Below, one piece after another: positions 17,681-28,714 of a DNA stretch of 64,000 nt. A program made the position numbers and the translations under genes. Each line of letters starts with the position of its first letter. Within the stretch, counting starts at the first letter, position 1. Below the pieces are notes generated by a model. It was not told the DNA's origin. It searched no databases and saw only the letters and a list, made by a program, of their open reading frames with translations. The stretch is taken from assembly GCA_965237905.1 (NCBI GenBank), contig OZ250172.1, forward strand, positions 544,001 through 608,000, written 5' to 3'. This DNA comes from Nitrospinaceae bacterium. Lineage in GTDB: Bacteria; Nitrospinota; Nitrospinia; Nitrospinales; Nitrospinaceae.

Positions 17681-17749
17681 GATTGATCCCCCTATAGATT
17701 ATGTGGATTATTGGGCTAGCCCATTTTCAAAGATAGGTCTCAATGCCTG

Positions 17750-17834
17750 TGACCTGCCCCCGTAAGTTGTACCACATGTTAAGTTAGAGTTTGTTCCTTA
17801 GGTTTGACGCTCCGGGGCCGGAGGACGATAACCC
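17750..17834 (-). mobile_element. IS3-family right-end remnant
   Basis: Minus strand encodes GYRPPAPE (IS3 transposase C-terminus) followed by the IR-like ...GTGGTACAACTTACGGGGGCAGGTCA. Confidence 0.7.
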
Positions 17835-18011
17835 TTGAAAAATCGACGGCTACAAATGACCGAAATTTGAGTGGAGAATGGGTCAAAATGAATAGTGCAG
17901 GTATTTCGCTGCGCTTCATAGCGGCAGGTAAGCTTGGTCGTTAATGTCCGCTTATGGCCGTTCGGAGACATTCGATTTTAAACTGAGACACTCCTCGGAA
18001 ATTTCCACGCA

Positions 18012-18040
18012 TTGATTTATACTTCATATTTCTGCATAAT
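18012..18040 (+). promoter_or_regulatory. sigma70-type promoter for proS (TTGATT-17-CATAAT)
   Basis: 17-bp spacing and position upstream of ATG 18078. Confidence 0.5.
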
Positions 18041-18077
18041 CGCCATTCGCCCGGCCCATTCAACCTGAAAGACATCC

Positions 18078-19787
18078 ATGTACTATTCGAAACTGTTCAT
18101 ACCCACACTGAAACAATCACCCACCGACGCCGAAGTCGTCAGCCACAAGCTGATGGTGCGTGCCGGGATGATCCGGCAATTGGCCGCGGGTATTTATTCC
18201 ATCCTGCCCCTCGGTCTGCGCGTGCTGAAAAAAGTAGAGCAGATCATTCGCGAGGAGATGAACCGCATTGGCGGTCAGGAAGTGTTCCTGCCCAGCATCC
18301 AGCCTGCCGAACTGTGGCAGGAAAGCGGACGATGGGAACTGTACGGCAAAGAGCTCATGCGGTTCAAGGACCGCCACGACCGCGAGTTCTGCTACGGACC
18401 CACGCATGAAGAAGTCATCACCGATATCATCCGCCGCGAGATCAAGTCCTACCGGCAGCTGCCCTTGCTCACTTACCAGATTCAAACCAAGTTTCGGGAT
18501 GAAGTGCGGCCCCGCTTTGGCGTCATGCGCGGACGCGAATTCACGATGAAAGACGCTTACAGTTTTCATGCCGACGAAGCCAGCGTTCAAGACATGTACG
18601 AAAATATGAAGCAGGCCTACTCCAACACCTTCCGGCGGTGCGGGTTGGACTTCAAAATGGTGGAAGCCGACAGCGGCACCATCGGCGGCAGTTTTTCACA
18701 CGAGTTCATGGTGCTGGCCGATTCGGGAGAAGACGCCGTCGCGTTCTGCGACGCCTGCGACTACGCGTCCAACGTGGAAAAGGCCGCTGCACGCATACCG
18801 GACCCGGTCGATCCACCCAAAGAGATAGAAGAATTGAAAAAAATCCCGACTCCCGGACAAAAAACGGTGGAGGAGGTGGCGAAATTCCTCAAAATCTCTC
18901 CCCGGCAAATTGTCAAAACCCTCATCATGGAGAATGAGAACGGACTGGTGGCGGGTCTGGTGCGGGGTGACCGGCAACTCAACCCCATCAAACTCAAAAA
19001 CCTGATCGGATGCGACTGGCTCCACGCCGCCGACGAATCCCTGATCGCTTCCAAAACAAAAATTCCCTGCGGCTTCATCGGACCGGTGAAACTGGACATG
19101 AAGGTCTATGCCGACCACGAAGTCGCCGTCATGCACAATTTCGTGACCGGCGCCAACAGCAAGGACGCCCACTACACCGGCGTGCAATTCGAACGGGATA
19201 TCAAAGTCGCGCAGGTGGGCGACCTGCATGAAGTACAGGAAGGCGACCCCTGCCCCAAATGCGACAGCGGCCGCTACCAGGTAAAACGCGGAATCGAGGT
19301 GGGGCATATATTCATTCTGGGCACCAAATACAGCTCCGCCATGAAAGCGCATTATCTGGACGAGCATGGCAAGGAAAACCCGATGATCATGGGATGCTAT
19401 GGCATCGGCGTGGGCCGCACCGCCGCCGCCGCCATCGAACAGAATCACGATGACAAAGGCATCATCTGGCCCGTCCCTCTCGCACCCTTTGAGGCCGTGG
19501 TCATTCCGGTCAAATTTGAAGAGGACAGCCAGCGCATGGTCTGCGAGGAGGCTTACAAAATCCTGGGTGACCTGGGCATAGAAACCTTGTTGGACGACCG
19601 CCCGGAACGGCTGGGAGTCAAATTCAAGGACGCCGAACTCTTGGGAATCCCTCTCCAGATCATTATCGGCCCGAAAAATCTGGAAAACGGCCAAATTGAG
19701 ATAAAGTCAAGAAAAACGGGTACTTCCGAGCTTATCGACTTCCCCGTCGGCCTCCAGGACATTCCCAATCGGCTCAAAAACTCCTGA
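18078..19787 (+). CDS. proS: proline--tRNA ligase (with editing domain)
   Basis: SHKLMVRAG, GPTHEE, KFRDEVRPRFG, GIEVGHIF, MGCYGIGVGR. Confidence 0.97.
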   Translation: MYYSKLFIPTLKQSPTDAEVVSHKLMVRAGMIRQLAAGIYSILPLGLRVLKKVEQIIREEMNRIGGQEVFLPSIQPAELWQESGRWELYGKELMRFKDRHDREFCYGPTHEEVITDIIRREIKSYRQLPLLTYQIQTKFRDEVRPRFGVMRGREFTMKDAYSFHADEASVQDMYENMKQAYSNTFRRCGLDFKMVEADSGTIGGSFSHEFMVLADSGEDAVAFCDACDYASNVEKAAARIPDPVDPPKEIEELKKIPTPGQKTVEEVAKFLKISPRQIVKTLIMENENGLVAGLVRGDRQLNPIKLKNLIGCDWLHAADESLIASKTKIPCGFIGPVKLDMKVYADHEVAVMHNFVTGANSKDAHYTGVQFERDIKVAQVGDLHEVQEGDPCPKCDSGRYQVKRGIEVGHIFILGTKYSSAMKAHYLDEHGKENPMIMGCYGIGVGRTAAAAIEQNHDDKGIIWPVPLAPFEAVVIPVKFEEDSQRMVCEEAYKILGDLGIETLLDDRPERLGVKFKDAELLGIPLQIIIGPKNLENGQIEIKSRKTGTSELIDFPVGLQDIPNRLKNS

Positions 19788-19814
19788 CATCCCAGCCCAA
19801 AAGCGACATTTTTC

Positions 19815-19843
19815 TTGCAGGCACCGCAGGGATTATGTAAAAT
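19815..19843 (+). promoter_or_regulatory. promoter of the rimP-nusA-infB operon (TTGCAG-17-TAAAAT)
   Basis: 17-bp spacer between plausible -35 and -10 boxes. Confidence 0.5.
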
Positions 19844-19866
19844 CTACACAAATTTAAAGGGCTGCT

Positions 19867-19893
19867 AAGCGGGCTCTCTGGCCCGCTTTTTTT
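19867..19893 (+). terminator. GC hairpin + U-tract (rimP leader terminator/attenuator)
   Basis: AAGCGGGC-TCTCTG-GCCCGCTT followed by a T run, between the putative promoter and rimP. Confidence 0.75.
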
Positions 19894-20020
19894 GTATTGG
19901 CCTTAATTATTAAAAATTTATATCGATTTTTCGGACTTCGATTGTTTCGAAGGGCATTATTTTCATTGCAACACTTTATTATTGGTTCTTGTTCTTTCTC
20001 AAATCATGGGAGCCCCGAAA

Positions 20021-20482
20021 ATGGGTAAAGGCTCGGTTACAGAATCCATCGAAGAGCTGGTGACCCCGATCATTAATGAGAACCGCCTTGAGCTGGTCGA
20101 CGTTGAGTATAAAAAGGAAGGTAAAAACTGGTTTCTGAGAATATTTATCGATAAAGAAGGCGGAGTCACGGTAGACGATTGCACGCGGGTCAGTCGCCAC
20201 ATTGAAGATTTGATTGAGGTGGAAGAAGTCGTTCCCTCAAGTTACACCCTGGAAGTTTCCTCACCCGGGTTGGACCGGCCTCTTAAAAAGGAGGAAGACT
20301 TTCTTCGGTTCAAGGGCAAACGCGCCCACGTAACCACCTATACTCCCATCCATCAGCAAAAGAACTTTAAGGGAACCATCCAGGATTTCCAGAAAGATGT
20401 ACTGTTTCTGGAAATCGATCATCAACAGGTGGAAATTCCCAAGAACCAAATCGCCAAAGCCACATTGGGAATAGAGTTTTAA
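20021..20482 (+). CDS. rimP: ribosome maturation factor RimP
   Basis: LRIFIDK.GGV..DDC, YTLEVSSPGLDRPL. Confidence 0.95.
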   Translation: MGKGSVTESIEELVTPIINENRLELVDVEYKKEGKNWFLRIFIDKEGGVTVDDCTRVSRHIEDLIEVEEVVPSSYTLEVSSPGLDRPLKKEEDFLRFKGKRAHVTTYTPIHQQKNFKGTIQDFQKDVLFLEIDHQQVEIPKNQIAKATLGIEF

Positions 20483-20487
20483 CGATT

Positions 20488-22059
20488 ATGAGCATTGAAG
20501 TCATTCACATTATTGAGCAATTGTGCCGGGAAAAAGGCATCGACAAGAATTTTCTGATCGATGCTGTAAAAACCGCGGTGGAAGCCGCTGCGCGCAAAAA
20601 GCTTCCGCATGTGGAAAATATCGTAAGCCAGTTCAACGAAGAAAACGGCGAAGCGGAAATCTGGGCGGAACAATCCGTCGTGGATTCCATTGAGGACCCG
20701 GAAAACCAAATCCGACTGGAAGATGCGGTCAAAATTTCTCCCGACGCCCAACTTGGGGAGATCGTTCTGGTCAAACAGGAGTTGAGGGATCTCGGCCGAA
20801 TTGCGGCCCAACTGGCCAAGCAGGTTATTCTGCAAAAAGTCCGGGAAGCGGAAATTGAAATCACCTACAACGAATATCAGGAAAGAAAAGGCGACCTGAT
20901 CAACGGCATCGTTCAGCGCTTTGAACATGGAGACATCATCGTCGAATTGGGAAAGGCCGAAGGCATTCTCCCCCGGCGCGAGCAGGTGTTCCGCGAAGCC
21001 TTCAACCGCGGTGACCGGATCCGGGCGTATGTGGTAGACATCCGCAAAACCTCGAAAAACGCCTTGGTCATTCTTTCCCGAACCCATATCGGACTCATAG
21101 AACGTTTGTTCGAGCTGGAAGTGCCTGAGATCAGCGAAGGCATGGTAGAGATCATGGGTATCGTACGCGAACCCAACGGACGCACCAAAATTGCCGTTCG
21201 CAGCAACGACCGGGATATCGACGCGGTCGGCGCATGTGTCGGCATGCGCGGTATGCGCGTTCAATCGATTGTCCAGGAACTGCGTGGAGAAAAAATCGAT
21301 ATCGTCGAATACTCCGAAGACCCCGAGGTATTCATACGAAATGCACTGAGCCCGGCTAAGGTTTCCCGGATTATCTCCAATAAGGAAGAGAACCACATGA
21401 CCATTATCGTGGCGGACGACCAGATGTCACTCGCCATAGGAAAGAAAGGCCAGAATGTGCGGCTCGCCGCAAAATTGGTGAAATGGAAAATCGACATCAA
21501 AAACGGCTCCGAGGTCGGAGGCATCCTGGAAGCTTCGGGCCTGCTGCCCCTCAAGGAATCTCCCACGGAAGATTTTCTTGAAATCATCAAAAATGCCAAG
21601 GGATTTGGAGAAAAAATCGTCGCCATTCTTTTCACCAATAATGTGGTGAACTTTGAGGAAGTCATTAACCGGGGCGTCGAAGGGTTGACCCAGATTACCG
21701 GTATTGGCCCCAAAAAAGCCGAAGCGATTTTTGAGTTTTCTCAAAAACATATAAGCCAGAGGCCTAAAGTGGTACCGGTCGCTGAAGAAGTGACGGACGA
21801 GGAAGATACTGTGGACACCGCTCTCCAGGCAGAAGAGGAAGAAACCGCAGAAGAAGATCAGGAGTTTCCTGTGAGCGAACTTTCAGAAGTGGACCCCGCC
21901 ATCATCCAAACATTGGAAAGCAATGGATTCCAAACCATTGCGGAATTATCAGTGACCCCGGCAGAGGAATTAGTTGCCCTGGAAGGAATCGACGAAGCAT
22001 TGGCAAACAGTCTGGTGGAGCAAGCCCGGCTGCATATGGAAAAATTTGAAAATGTTTAA
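20488..22059 (+). CDS. nusA: transcription termination factor NusA
   Basis: GRIAAQ, LSRTH, GACVGMRG, AIGKKGQNVRLA; C-terminal HhH repeats. Confidence 0.97.
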   Translation: MSIEVIHIIEQLCREKGIDKNFLIDAVKTAVEAAARKKLPHVENIVSQFNEENGEAEIWAEQSVVDSIEDPENQIRLEDAVKISPDAQLGEIVLVKQELRDLGRIAAQLAKQVILQKVREAEIEITYNEYQERKGDLINGIVQRFEHGDIIVELGKAEGILPRREQVFREAFNRGDRIRAYVVDIRKTSKNALVILSRTHIGLIERLFELEVPEISEGMVEIMGIVREPNGRTKIAVRSNDRDIDAVGACVGMRGMRVQSIVQELRGEKIDIVEYSEDPEVFIRNALSPAKVSRIISNKEENHMTIIVADDQMSLAIGKKGQNVRLAAKLVKWKIDIKNGSEVGGILEASGLLPLKESPTEDFLEIIKNAKGFGEKIVAILFTNNVVNFEEVINRGVEGLTQITGIGPKKAEAIFEFSQKHISQRPKVVPVAEEVTDEEDTVDTALQAEEEETAEEDQEFPVSELSEVDPAIIQTLESNGFQTIAELSVTPAEELVALEGIDEALANSLVEQARLHMEKFENV

Positions 22060-22127
22060 GAAGGAAGATCGCCATGGGTAACTAACCTGTCGCTTACTTT
22101 TCCCTTACAGCATTAGGAGAACTTTCA

Positions 22128-24461
22128 TTGGGAAAAATCAGAATCAATAAATTGGCGTTGGAATTGAACATCCCCAACGACAAGATCATCGACGAGCTCA
22201 AGAAGAAGGACTATCCTGTCAAGAATCACATGAGTTCCATCGATGGCGAAGCGGTGGAGTATGTCCGCGGTCTGTTCACGGACAAATCCGTGGTCAAGGC
22301 GCAGAAAAAAGCGGCCACCAAAAAAGCCGTTGCCAAGAAAGAGTCGACAGTCGCTAAACCCATCACCGCCAAAACAGCCGCCAAGGCCGCCGCTAAAAAG
22401 AAAGCCGATCAGGAAGAGAAAGCCAAAGAAGAAGCCAAAAACCCCAAAGCCGCCGCAAAGCCCAAAGCGGCTCCCGCCAAAGCCCAAAAGGAAGAAATCG
22501 CTTCCGACAAACATAAAGCATCCCGAAAACTGGGATTGAAAGTAGTCGTTAAATCGGAGGAAGCGGAAAAGAAAAAGGAATCCAAAGCTCCCAAGGAAAA
22601 ACCGGCGGCCAAAAAGAAAAAAGAAGAACCTAAATCCTCCCCCGCCAAAAAGGCCAAGGACAAACGACCGGAAGAAGCTCCTCCGGTTGAAGAACCGGTT
22701 CAGGAAGAGACATTCGAAATCGTCCAACTGATGGACAACATGCCCCTGCGCGATGTGGCCGAAAAATTAAAGTGCACGCCCAACGATATCATTATGGATC
22801 TGATGACCCTGGGCTCCATGGCCACCATCAACCAGAGCCTGAGCCTGGAGGTCGCCTCGAAAATTGCTGATCAAAGAGGATTTGAGGTTGAAGTCATTAC
22901 CCCGGAGTTGGAGCTCGGTTTTGAGGAAGAGGAAGAAGAGGATTTAGCGAAGGACCGTATCCCGCGCCCGCCGATCGTTACGATTATGGGGCATGTCGAT
23001 CACGGTAAAACCTCCCTGCTGGACGCTATCCGGAAAACCAATGTCATCGGAGGTGAAGCCGGGGGGATCACCCAGCATATCGGGGCGTATCAGGTCAAAA
23101 TTAAGGATTCGACGATTACTTTTCTTGATACTCCGGGCCATGAAGCGTTTACCGCCATGCGGGCGCGCGGCGCGCAGGTCACAGATCTCGTCATCCTGGT
23201 GGTGGCGGCCGATGACGGCATCAAACCGCAAACTCTGGAAGCCATTCACCACGCCAACGCGGGGGGCGTTCCCCTGCTGGTGGCCATCAACAAAATCGAC
23301 AAATCCGACGCCAAACCCGACGAAGTCCAAAAGCAGTTGGCCGATCAGGGACTTCTCCCGGAAGAATGGGGAGGGCAAACCATTTACACCAGGGTATCCG
23401 CCAAAGAGGGACAGGGCATCGACCATTTGCTCGAAATGATTCTTCTGCAGGCCGAAGTCATGGAATTGAAAGCGAACCCTAAACTCGGGGCTCGCGGGAT
23501 CATCATCGAATCACACTTGGACAAAGGCCGGGGTCCGGTAGCGACCCTGATGATCCAAAAAGGCCAACTCAATGTGGGCGATCCTTTTATTGCCGGGAAT
23601 TATTTCGGGAAGGTGCGCGCCATGGTGAACGATCAGGGCAAGGAAATCCAACATGCTTCTCTAAGCACGCCGGTGGAAGTCATCGGGCTTCCGGAAGTTC
23701 CGGCTCCCGGCGACACCTTTTTAGTGGTTAAAGACGAAAAGCGGGCCCGCCAGCTCAGCAACCTGAAGATCCAACGGAAACGCGAATCAGTCCTGTCTCA
23801 GAAACCCCGCATCACCATGGAAGACCTGCACCAGCAAATCGTCGAAGGAAAAATTCACGAATTGAACCTGATTATCAAGGCTGATGTCCAGGGCTCCATC
23901 CAGGCCGTTCAGGAAGCCTTCAGTAAACTGGAAACAGATCGAGTGCGGGTGAAAATCATTCACGACGCGGTGGGAGGAATCACCGAATCGGATATTCTCC
24001 TGGCCAGCGCTTCCAACGCCATCATCATCGGATTCAACGTGCGGCCCACTTTCAAAGCCGAGGCCATGGCCGCCAAGGAAAAAGTGGACGTGCGGCTGTA
24101 CAGCATTATTTACGAGGCCATCGAGGATGTCCAAAAAGCCCTGGAAGGTCTGCTCGAGCCCGTCTTCCGCGAAAAAATCATGGGACGGGCCGAGGTGCGG
24201 AAGGTGTTTCCCATGCCCAAAATCGGCGTTATTGCCGGGTGCCAGGTCATTTCCGGTACCCTCGAACGCAACAGCCAAGCCCGGCTGGTCAGGGACAATG
24301 TAGTCGTTTACGAGGGCAAAATCCAATCTCTGAGACGTTTCAAAGACGATGTCAAGGAAGTCGCATCGGGTTACGAGTGCGGCCTGGCGCTGGATAAGTA
24401 TCAAGATTTGAAGCAGGGGGATATCGTCGAGCCGTTTGTTCTGGAAGAAGTCGCCCCTTGA
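22128..24461 (+). CDS. infB: translation initiation factor IF-2
   Basis: [30 protein letters not shown]; Ala/Lys-rich N-terminus. Confidence 0.97.
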   Translation: MGKIRINKLALELNIPNDKIIDELKKKDYPVKNHMSSIDGEAVEYVRGLFTDKSVVKAQKKAATKKAVAKKESTVAKPITAKTAAKAAAKKKADQEEKAKEEAKNPKAAAKPKAAPAKAQKEEIASDKHKASRKLGLKVVVKSEEAEKKKESKAPKEKPAAKKKKEEPKSSPAKKAKDKRPEEAPPVEEPVQEETFEIVQLMDNMPLRDVAEKLKCTPNDIIMDLMTLGSMATINQSLSLEVASKIADQRGFEVEVITPELELGFEEEEEEDLAKDRIPRPPIVTIMGHVDHGKTSLLDAIRKTNVIGGEAGGITQHIGAYQVKIKDSTITFLDTPGHEAFTAMRARGAQVTDLVILVVAADDGIKPQTLEAIHHANAGGVPLLVAINKIDKSDAKPDEVQKQLADQGLLPEEWGGQTIYTRVSAKEGQGIDHLLEMILLQAEVMELKANPKLGARGIIIESHLDKGRGPVATLMIQKGQLNVGDPFIAGNYFGKVRAMVNDQGKEIQHASLSTPVEVIGLPEVPAPGDTFLVVKDEKRARQLSNLKIQRKRESVLSQKPRITMEDLHQQIVEGKIHELNLIIKADVQGSIQAVQEAFSKLETDRVRVKIIHDAVGGITESDILLASASNAIIIGFNVRPTFKAEAMAAKEKVDVRLYSIIYEAIEDVQKALEGLLEPVFREKIMGRAEVRKVFPMPKIGVIAGCQVISGTLERNSQARLVRDNVVVYEGKIQSLRRFKDDVKEVASGYECGLALDKYQDLKQGDIVEPFVLEEVAP

Positions 24462-24490
24462 TCGCCGATTTGGAAACCAGAGGAACCGCC

Positions 24491-24796
24491 ATGAATCTTG
24501 GGTACTGTTCATTGAGGTTTTTTTTGCACGGAAACAATTCTTTGAAGGGTAAGCGGAAGGTGATCCGAGCCATCAAGGACCGGTTGAAGAATAAATTCAA
24601 CGTATCCGTAGCAGAAGTCGGCGATCAGGACGTCTGGCAAAGCATTCACCTGGGAATCGCCGCGGTCAATTCGGACGCTCAATATCTGGATGGGCTGTTC
24701 AAGCAGGTGGTGAACTTCGTCGACAACATGCACTTGGCGGAAATGACTGACTGCCAAACGGAAATCATTAATGTCAATAACAGCTACGCGGATTAA
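24491..24796 (+). CDS. DUF503 (YlxP-like) protein
   Basis: SLKGKR..KFNVSVAEV.DQD.W; conserved position between infB and rbfA. Confidence 0.9.
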   Translation: MNLGYCSLRFFLHGNNSLKGKRKVIRAIKDRLKNKFNVSVAEVGDQDVWQSIHLGIAAVNSDAQYLDGLFKQVVNFVDNMHLAEMTDCQTEIINVNNSYAD

Positions 24797-24816
24797 GGGA
24801 CAATAGAAAAAGTATT

Positions 24817-25164
24817 ATGTTTCGATTTAAACGGTCACAGCGAGTACAGGAACTGCTCCTTGAGGAAATCTCCAAACTGATTCAGCATGGTTTGAAGGAT
24901 CCCCGTATCGGCTTCGTAACTGTCACCCGTATCGAGTTGAGCGACAACCTCAAGAATGCCAGGGTGTATGTCAGCATTATGGGCAGTGAAGAGGAAAAGG
25001 AGCAATCGATCGAAGGGCTGAACAGCGCCAAGGGATACCTCCGGAGTTGTCTCGGTAAGAACCTGTATCTGAAGCATATCCCCGAGTTGCACTTCAAGCT
25101 GGACGAAGCCGCCGACCATGTCGAAAAAATTACCAAAATCATCGGTGAATGGAACCATGAATAA
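24817..25164 (+). CDS. rbfA: ribosome-binding factor A
   Basis: KDPRIGFVTVT..S.NL..A.VY, PEL.F..D. Confidence 0.95.
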   Translation: MFRFKRSQRVQELLLEEISKLIQHGLKDPRIGFVTVTRIELSDNLKNARVYVSIMGSEEEKEQSIEGLNSAKGYLRSCLGKNLYLKHIPELHFKLDEAADHVEKITKIIGEWNHE

Positions 25165-26086
25165 TATCTTGAATCTGTACAAACCCGTGGGGCCCTCCTC
25201 CTTTTTTATGGTGCAATCCGTCAAAAGAACGCTCAGGGTCAAAAAAGCGGGCCACATCGGCACTTTGGACCCCAAAGCCGAGGGAGTGCTCCCGATCTGC
25301 CTCGACCAGTCCACGCGTCTGATTCAGTTTCTGGTCGGTCTTCCCAAGGTCTATTTGGCCACCATGACCCTTGGAATTGCGACAGATACACAGGATGCGA
25401 CCGGTCAGGTGCTGTCCACCGGAGACGCCAGCCACATCACTGAGCAGGAGGTCCGGGAAACTCTGGCCGGTTTTCAGGGAGAGCAACAACAGATTCCCCC
25501 CATGTACTCCGCCAAGAAGAAAAATGGGGTTCCCTTGTACAAATTAGCGAGAAACGGCATAACCGCCGAAAGAAAGCCGGTGACCCTACAAATTTATTCC
25601 ATAGATTTCCTTAAAAAAAAGGACGATCAGGTCACTTTCAGGGTAAAATGCTCCGCAGGAACCTATATCCGCACCCTATGCCATGATGTCGGTGAGACCC
25701 TCGGTTGTGGGGCGCATATGTCCCAACTGGTCCGGGAACAAGTCGGCCAGTTCGATGTACAGTCTTCACTGACCATAGAGGAGTTGAGCCAGGCCCAGGA
25801 TGACGGGACCCTGGCCCAAAAGTTGTTGGAGACGGAGACGGTTCTGGATTTTCTTCCGGAGATCAAAGTCATCCCGGATTATGTCGCATCCATCGCCCAC
25901 GGCAAGCCATTAACTAAAATTGCGGTGATGGAAACGCCCAAACACTTCCGGCCTGGAATGAACCTCCGGGTAACGGGAGAAGACGGACGTATTGCCGCGA
26001 TCGTCGAACCGATGGTCGATGAAGAGGGGTTTCAAAAACTGGACCCCAGAGACACTGCATTTAAATTGAAACGAGTACTGGTTTAA
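25157..26086 (+). CDS. truB: tRNA pseudouridine(55) synthase
   Basis: [32 protein letters not shown]. Confidence 0.96.
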   Translation: MNNILNLYKPVGPSSFFMVQSVKRTLRVKKAGHIGTLDPKAEGVLPICLDQSTRLIQFLVGLPKVYLATMTLGIATDTQDATGQVLSTGDASHITEQEVRETLAGFQGEQQQIPPMYSAKKKNGVPLYKLARNGITAERKPVTLQIYSIDFLKKKDDQVTFRVKCSAGTYIRTLCHDVGETLGCGAHMSQLVREQVGQFDVQSSLTIEELSQAQDDGTLAQKLLETETVLDFLPEIKVIPDYVASIAHGKPLTKIAVMETPKHFRPGMNLRVTGEDGRIAAIVEPMVDEEGFQKLDPRDTAFKLKRVLV

Positions 26087-26116
26087 AAGAAACCCTATTT
26101 ATTTTTAATGAACAAC

Positions 26117-26200
26117 GGGAGTTGTTGCGGTTGGAATGTTTTCGCAGGGAAGATTCCCTACGGAGAATTTTTTCTACGAAAACATTCAACAACCCCTCCC
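26117..26200 (+). promoter_or_regulatory. long hairpin in the rpsO 5' leader (candidate S15 regulatory RNA)
   Basis: ~27-bp stem with G-U pairs, capped by a cUACGg tetraloop, ending 30 nt before the rpsO ATG. Confidence 0.55.
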
Positions 26201-26229
26201 ATCACAGACCGAAAGAGGAGGCTTTTTAC

Positions 26230-26499
26230 ATGTCATTTACCAAGGAATTTAAAACCAATATTATCACCAAGTACCAAGTGAATGAGAAAGATACCGGATC
26301 CTCAGAGGTCCAGATCGCGCTATTGACCGAACGATTGAATTATTTGAATGATCATTTCAAAACCCACGGCAAGGATCACCATTCCCGCCACGGCTTAATT
26401 CGTATGGTTAACAGAAGGCGGAAACTTCTGGACTATCTCAAAAGAGAGGATGCCCAGCGGTATCAGACTATCATCAAAGAATTGGGCATCCGCAGATAA
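26230..26499 (+). CDS. rpsO: 30S ribosomal protein S15
   Basis: [29 protein letters not shown]. Confidence 0.97.
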   Translation: MSFTKEFKTNIITKYQVNEKDTGSSEVQIALLTERLNYLNDHFKTHGKDHHSRHGLIRMVNRRRKLLDYLKREDAQRYQTIIKELGIRR

Positions 26500-26543
26500 A
26501 TTAGAATCCTACCTATAGGATCAAGAAAATTGGAGAGTATTGA

Positions 26544-28649
26544 ATGCAAGAACATAAAGTAGAAATAGATCTTGATGGAAAAACCCTTTCGCTCGAATCG
26601 GGCTGGTTGGCCAAACAAGCCAACGGATGTGTTGTCGTCAGATATGGAGATACCATGGTGCTGGTTTCAGCCACCATGGCGAAAAGTGCACGGGAAGGAA
26701 TCGACTTTTTCCCCCTCACTGTAGATTATCGAGAAAAAACTTACGCGGCGGGACGTATTCCCGGCGGCTATCTCAAACGGGAAGCCCGGCCCGGTGATCT
26801 GGAAACACTGACCTGCCGGTTGATCGACCGGCCCATCCGGCCCATGTTCCCCAACGAGTTCCGCAATGAAACCCAAATCGTCTGTTTCGTCGTTTCCCAC
26901 GATCAGGAAAACTCCCCCGATGTGAACGCCATCTCCGGCGCCTCCGCCGCACTCCTGGTATCCGATATTCCTTTCGAAAATCCGGTTGCCGGCGTACGCG
27001 TGGGGAGAAAAGACGGCGCTTTTATCATCAACCCGACGTATGAAGAGACCCAGGCCAGCGACCTCACTCTGGTGATGGCCGGTACTGCCGATGCTATCGT
27101 CATGGTTGAAGCCGGGGCCAACGAGCTCAGCGAAGAAGTCATGATGAATGCGTTGGAGTACGGACACGGTTTCATCAAAAAAATCGTGGAAGGTCAAATC
27201 AAACTCCGGGAAATGATGGGTAAAGAAAAAACCGTCATCACAGCGGAAGAAACCGACCAGGATCTGACCCAGAAGGTCACCGAAGCAACCCGACCGGGCC
27301 TGGCCGATGCCATGCGCATCGCCGGCAAACAGGAGCGGAGCGACGCAACTGCTAAGGTCAAAGAGGCCATGACGGCCCAATTCAATCCCGATGCCGATGA
27401 AGACATCAAAAAGACGTTGGGCGGGATTTTTCATGACGTTGAAAAGGAAGCCATGCGCAGTATGATCCTGGATGAGAAAAAACGGATCGATGGGCGAAAC
27501 CTCAATGAAGTCCGCAAAATCACCAGCCAGGTCGGCTATCTGCCACGCGTCCACGGGTCCGCCATATTCACCCGCGGTGAAACCCAGGCACTGGTCACCA
27601 CCACGCTGGGAACCAGCTCGGACGAACAGCGGTTGGATAGTCTGGAGTTCAAAGGCACAAAATCCTTTCTGCTTCATTACAATTTTCCGGCCTTTTGTAC
27701 CGGAGAAGTGAAATTCCTGTCGGGACCCGGACGAAGGGAAATCGGCCACGGTATGCTGGCGGAACGCGCCCTCACCCCGATGCTCCCCGATAAGGAAACG
27801 TTTCCCTATACCATCCGTATCGTTTCCGACATTTTGGAATCGAACGGCTCCTCCTCCATGGCTTCCGTATGTGGCGGTTCGCTGTCGCTGATGGACGCCG
27901 GCGTTCCCATCAAAGCCCCGGTTGCGGGGATTGCCATGGGATTGATCAAGGAGGATGACCGGGTCGCCATTTTGTCCGATATCCTGGGTACGGAAGATCA
28001 TCTGGGAGACATGGACTTCAAAGTAGCCGGCACCCGCAACGGCATCACCGCCCTGCAAATGGATATTAAAATCAAGGGGCTGACCCACGAGGTGATGGAA
28101 ACTGCGCTGACACAGGCCAAGGAGGGCAGAATGCATATCCTGGATGAAATGGCCAAGGCGCTGGATACTTCGCGTACCGAGATGTCCAAATACGCACCCC
28201 GCATCACCACCATCAAGGTACCGGTCGACAAGATTCGCGACGTCATCGGACCAGGCGGCAAAGTGATTCGGGATATCATCGACCGCACCGGAGTCAACAT
28301 CGACATCAACGACGACGGGACGGTCAACATCGCTTCGCACGACGAGGCAGCGTCCACCAAAGCCATTGGGATCATTCAGGATCTGGTACAGGACGTCGAA
28401 GTCGGGAAAATTTATATGGGCAAGGTCAAGAAGATCATGGATTTCGGGGCCTTTGTCGAAATTTTACCGGGCACCGACGGCCTTGTGCACATCTCGCAAA
28501 TCTGTGATCGCCGCATTCAGAAAGTGAGCGACGAGATTCAGGAAGGCGACGAGATCGTGGTCAAAGTGATCGACGTGGACCGCAATGGCAAAGTCAAGCT
28601 GAGCCGCAAAGAGGCAATGCGCGACGAGGCCGCTGCCGCCACGCATTAA
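26544..28649 (+). CDS. pnp: polyribonucleotide nucleotidyltransferase
   Basis: [36 protein letters not shown] and S1 domains. Confidence 0.97.
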   Translation: MQEHKVEIDLDGKTLSLESGWLAKQANGCVVVRYGDTMVLVSATMAKSAREGIDFFPLTVDYREKTYAAGRIPGGYLKREARPGDLETLTCRLIDRPIRPMFPNEFRNETQIVCFVVSHDQENSPDVNAISGASAALLVSDIPFENPVAGVRVGRKDGAFIINPTYEETQASDLTLVMAGTADAIVMVEAGANELSEEVMMNALEYGHGFIKKIVEGQIKLREMMGKEKTVITAEETDQDLTQKVTEATRPGLADAMRIAGKQERSDATAKVKEAMTAQFNPDADEDIKKTLGGIFHDVEKEAMRSMILDEKKRIDGRNLNEVRKITSQVGYLPRVHGSAIFTRGETQALVTTTLGTSSDEQRLDSLEFKGTKSFLLHYNFPAFCTGEVKFLSGPGRREIGHGMLAERALTPMLPDKETFPYTIRIVSDILESNGSSSMASVCGGSLSLMDAGVPIKAPVAGIAMGLIKEDDRVAILSDILGTEDHLGDMDFKVAGTRNGITALQMDIKIKGLTHEVMETALTQAKEGRMHILDEMAKALDTSRTEMSKYAPRITTIKVPVDKIRDVIGPGGKVIRDIIDRTGVNIDINDDGTVNIASHDEAASTKAIGIIQDLVQDVEVGKIYMGKVKKIMDFGAFVEILPGTDGLVHISQICDRRIQKVSDEIQEGDEIVVKVIDVDRNGKVKLSRKEAMRDEAAAATH

Positions 28650-28669
28650 GTCTCAAGATTCAAAATCTC

Positions 28670-28711
28670 AGCGGATGTGCCGGAGCTTTCCGGCCATCCG
28701 CTTTTTTTTTT
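28670..28711 (+). terminator. rho-independent terminator after pnp
   Basis: AGCGGATG..CCGG/CCGG..CATCCGCT stem followed by T10. Confidence 0.85.
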
Positions 28712-28714
28712 GCG

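Larger units (their letters stand above)
15211..17992. mobile_element. non-autonomous element bounded by ~50-bp imperfect terminal inverted repeats
   Basis: 15211..15261 vs reverse complement of 17943..17992 match ~39/51, with the outer 12 bp AGTGTCTCAGTT perfect. CCTCGGAA occurs at 15196 and 17993. AT-rich cargo. Confidence 0.75.

Noticed and set aside
22290..22700. Ala/Lys-rich quasi-repeats
   Set aside because: Normal low-complexity N-terminal linker of IF-2.
26667..28340. 557-aa minus-strand ORF (similarly 48044..49618, 18696..19694, 44737..45690, 53821..54693)
   Set aside because: Antisense shadows of well-supported genes (pnp, thiO/bioA, proS, fhs, map) with no recognisable motifs.
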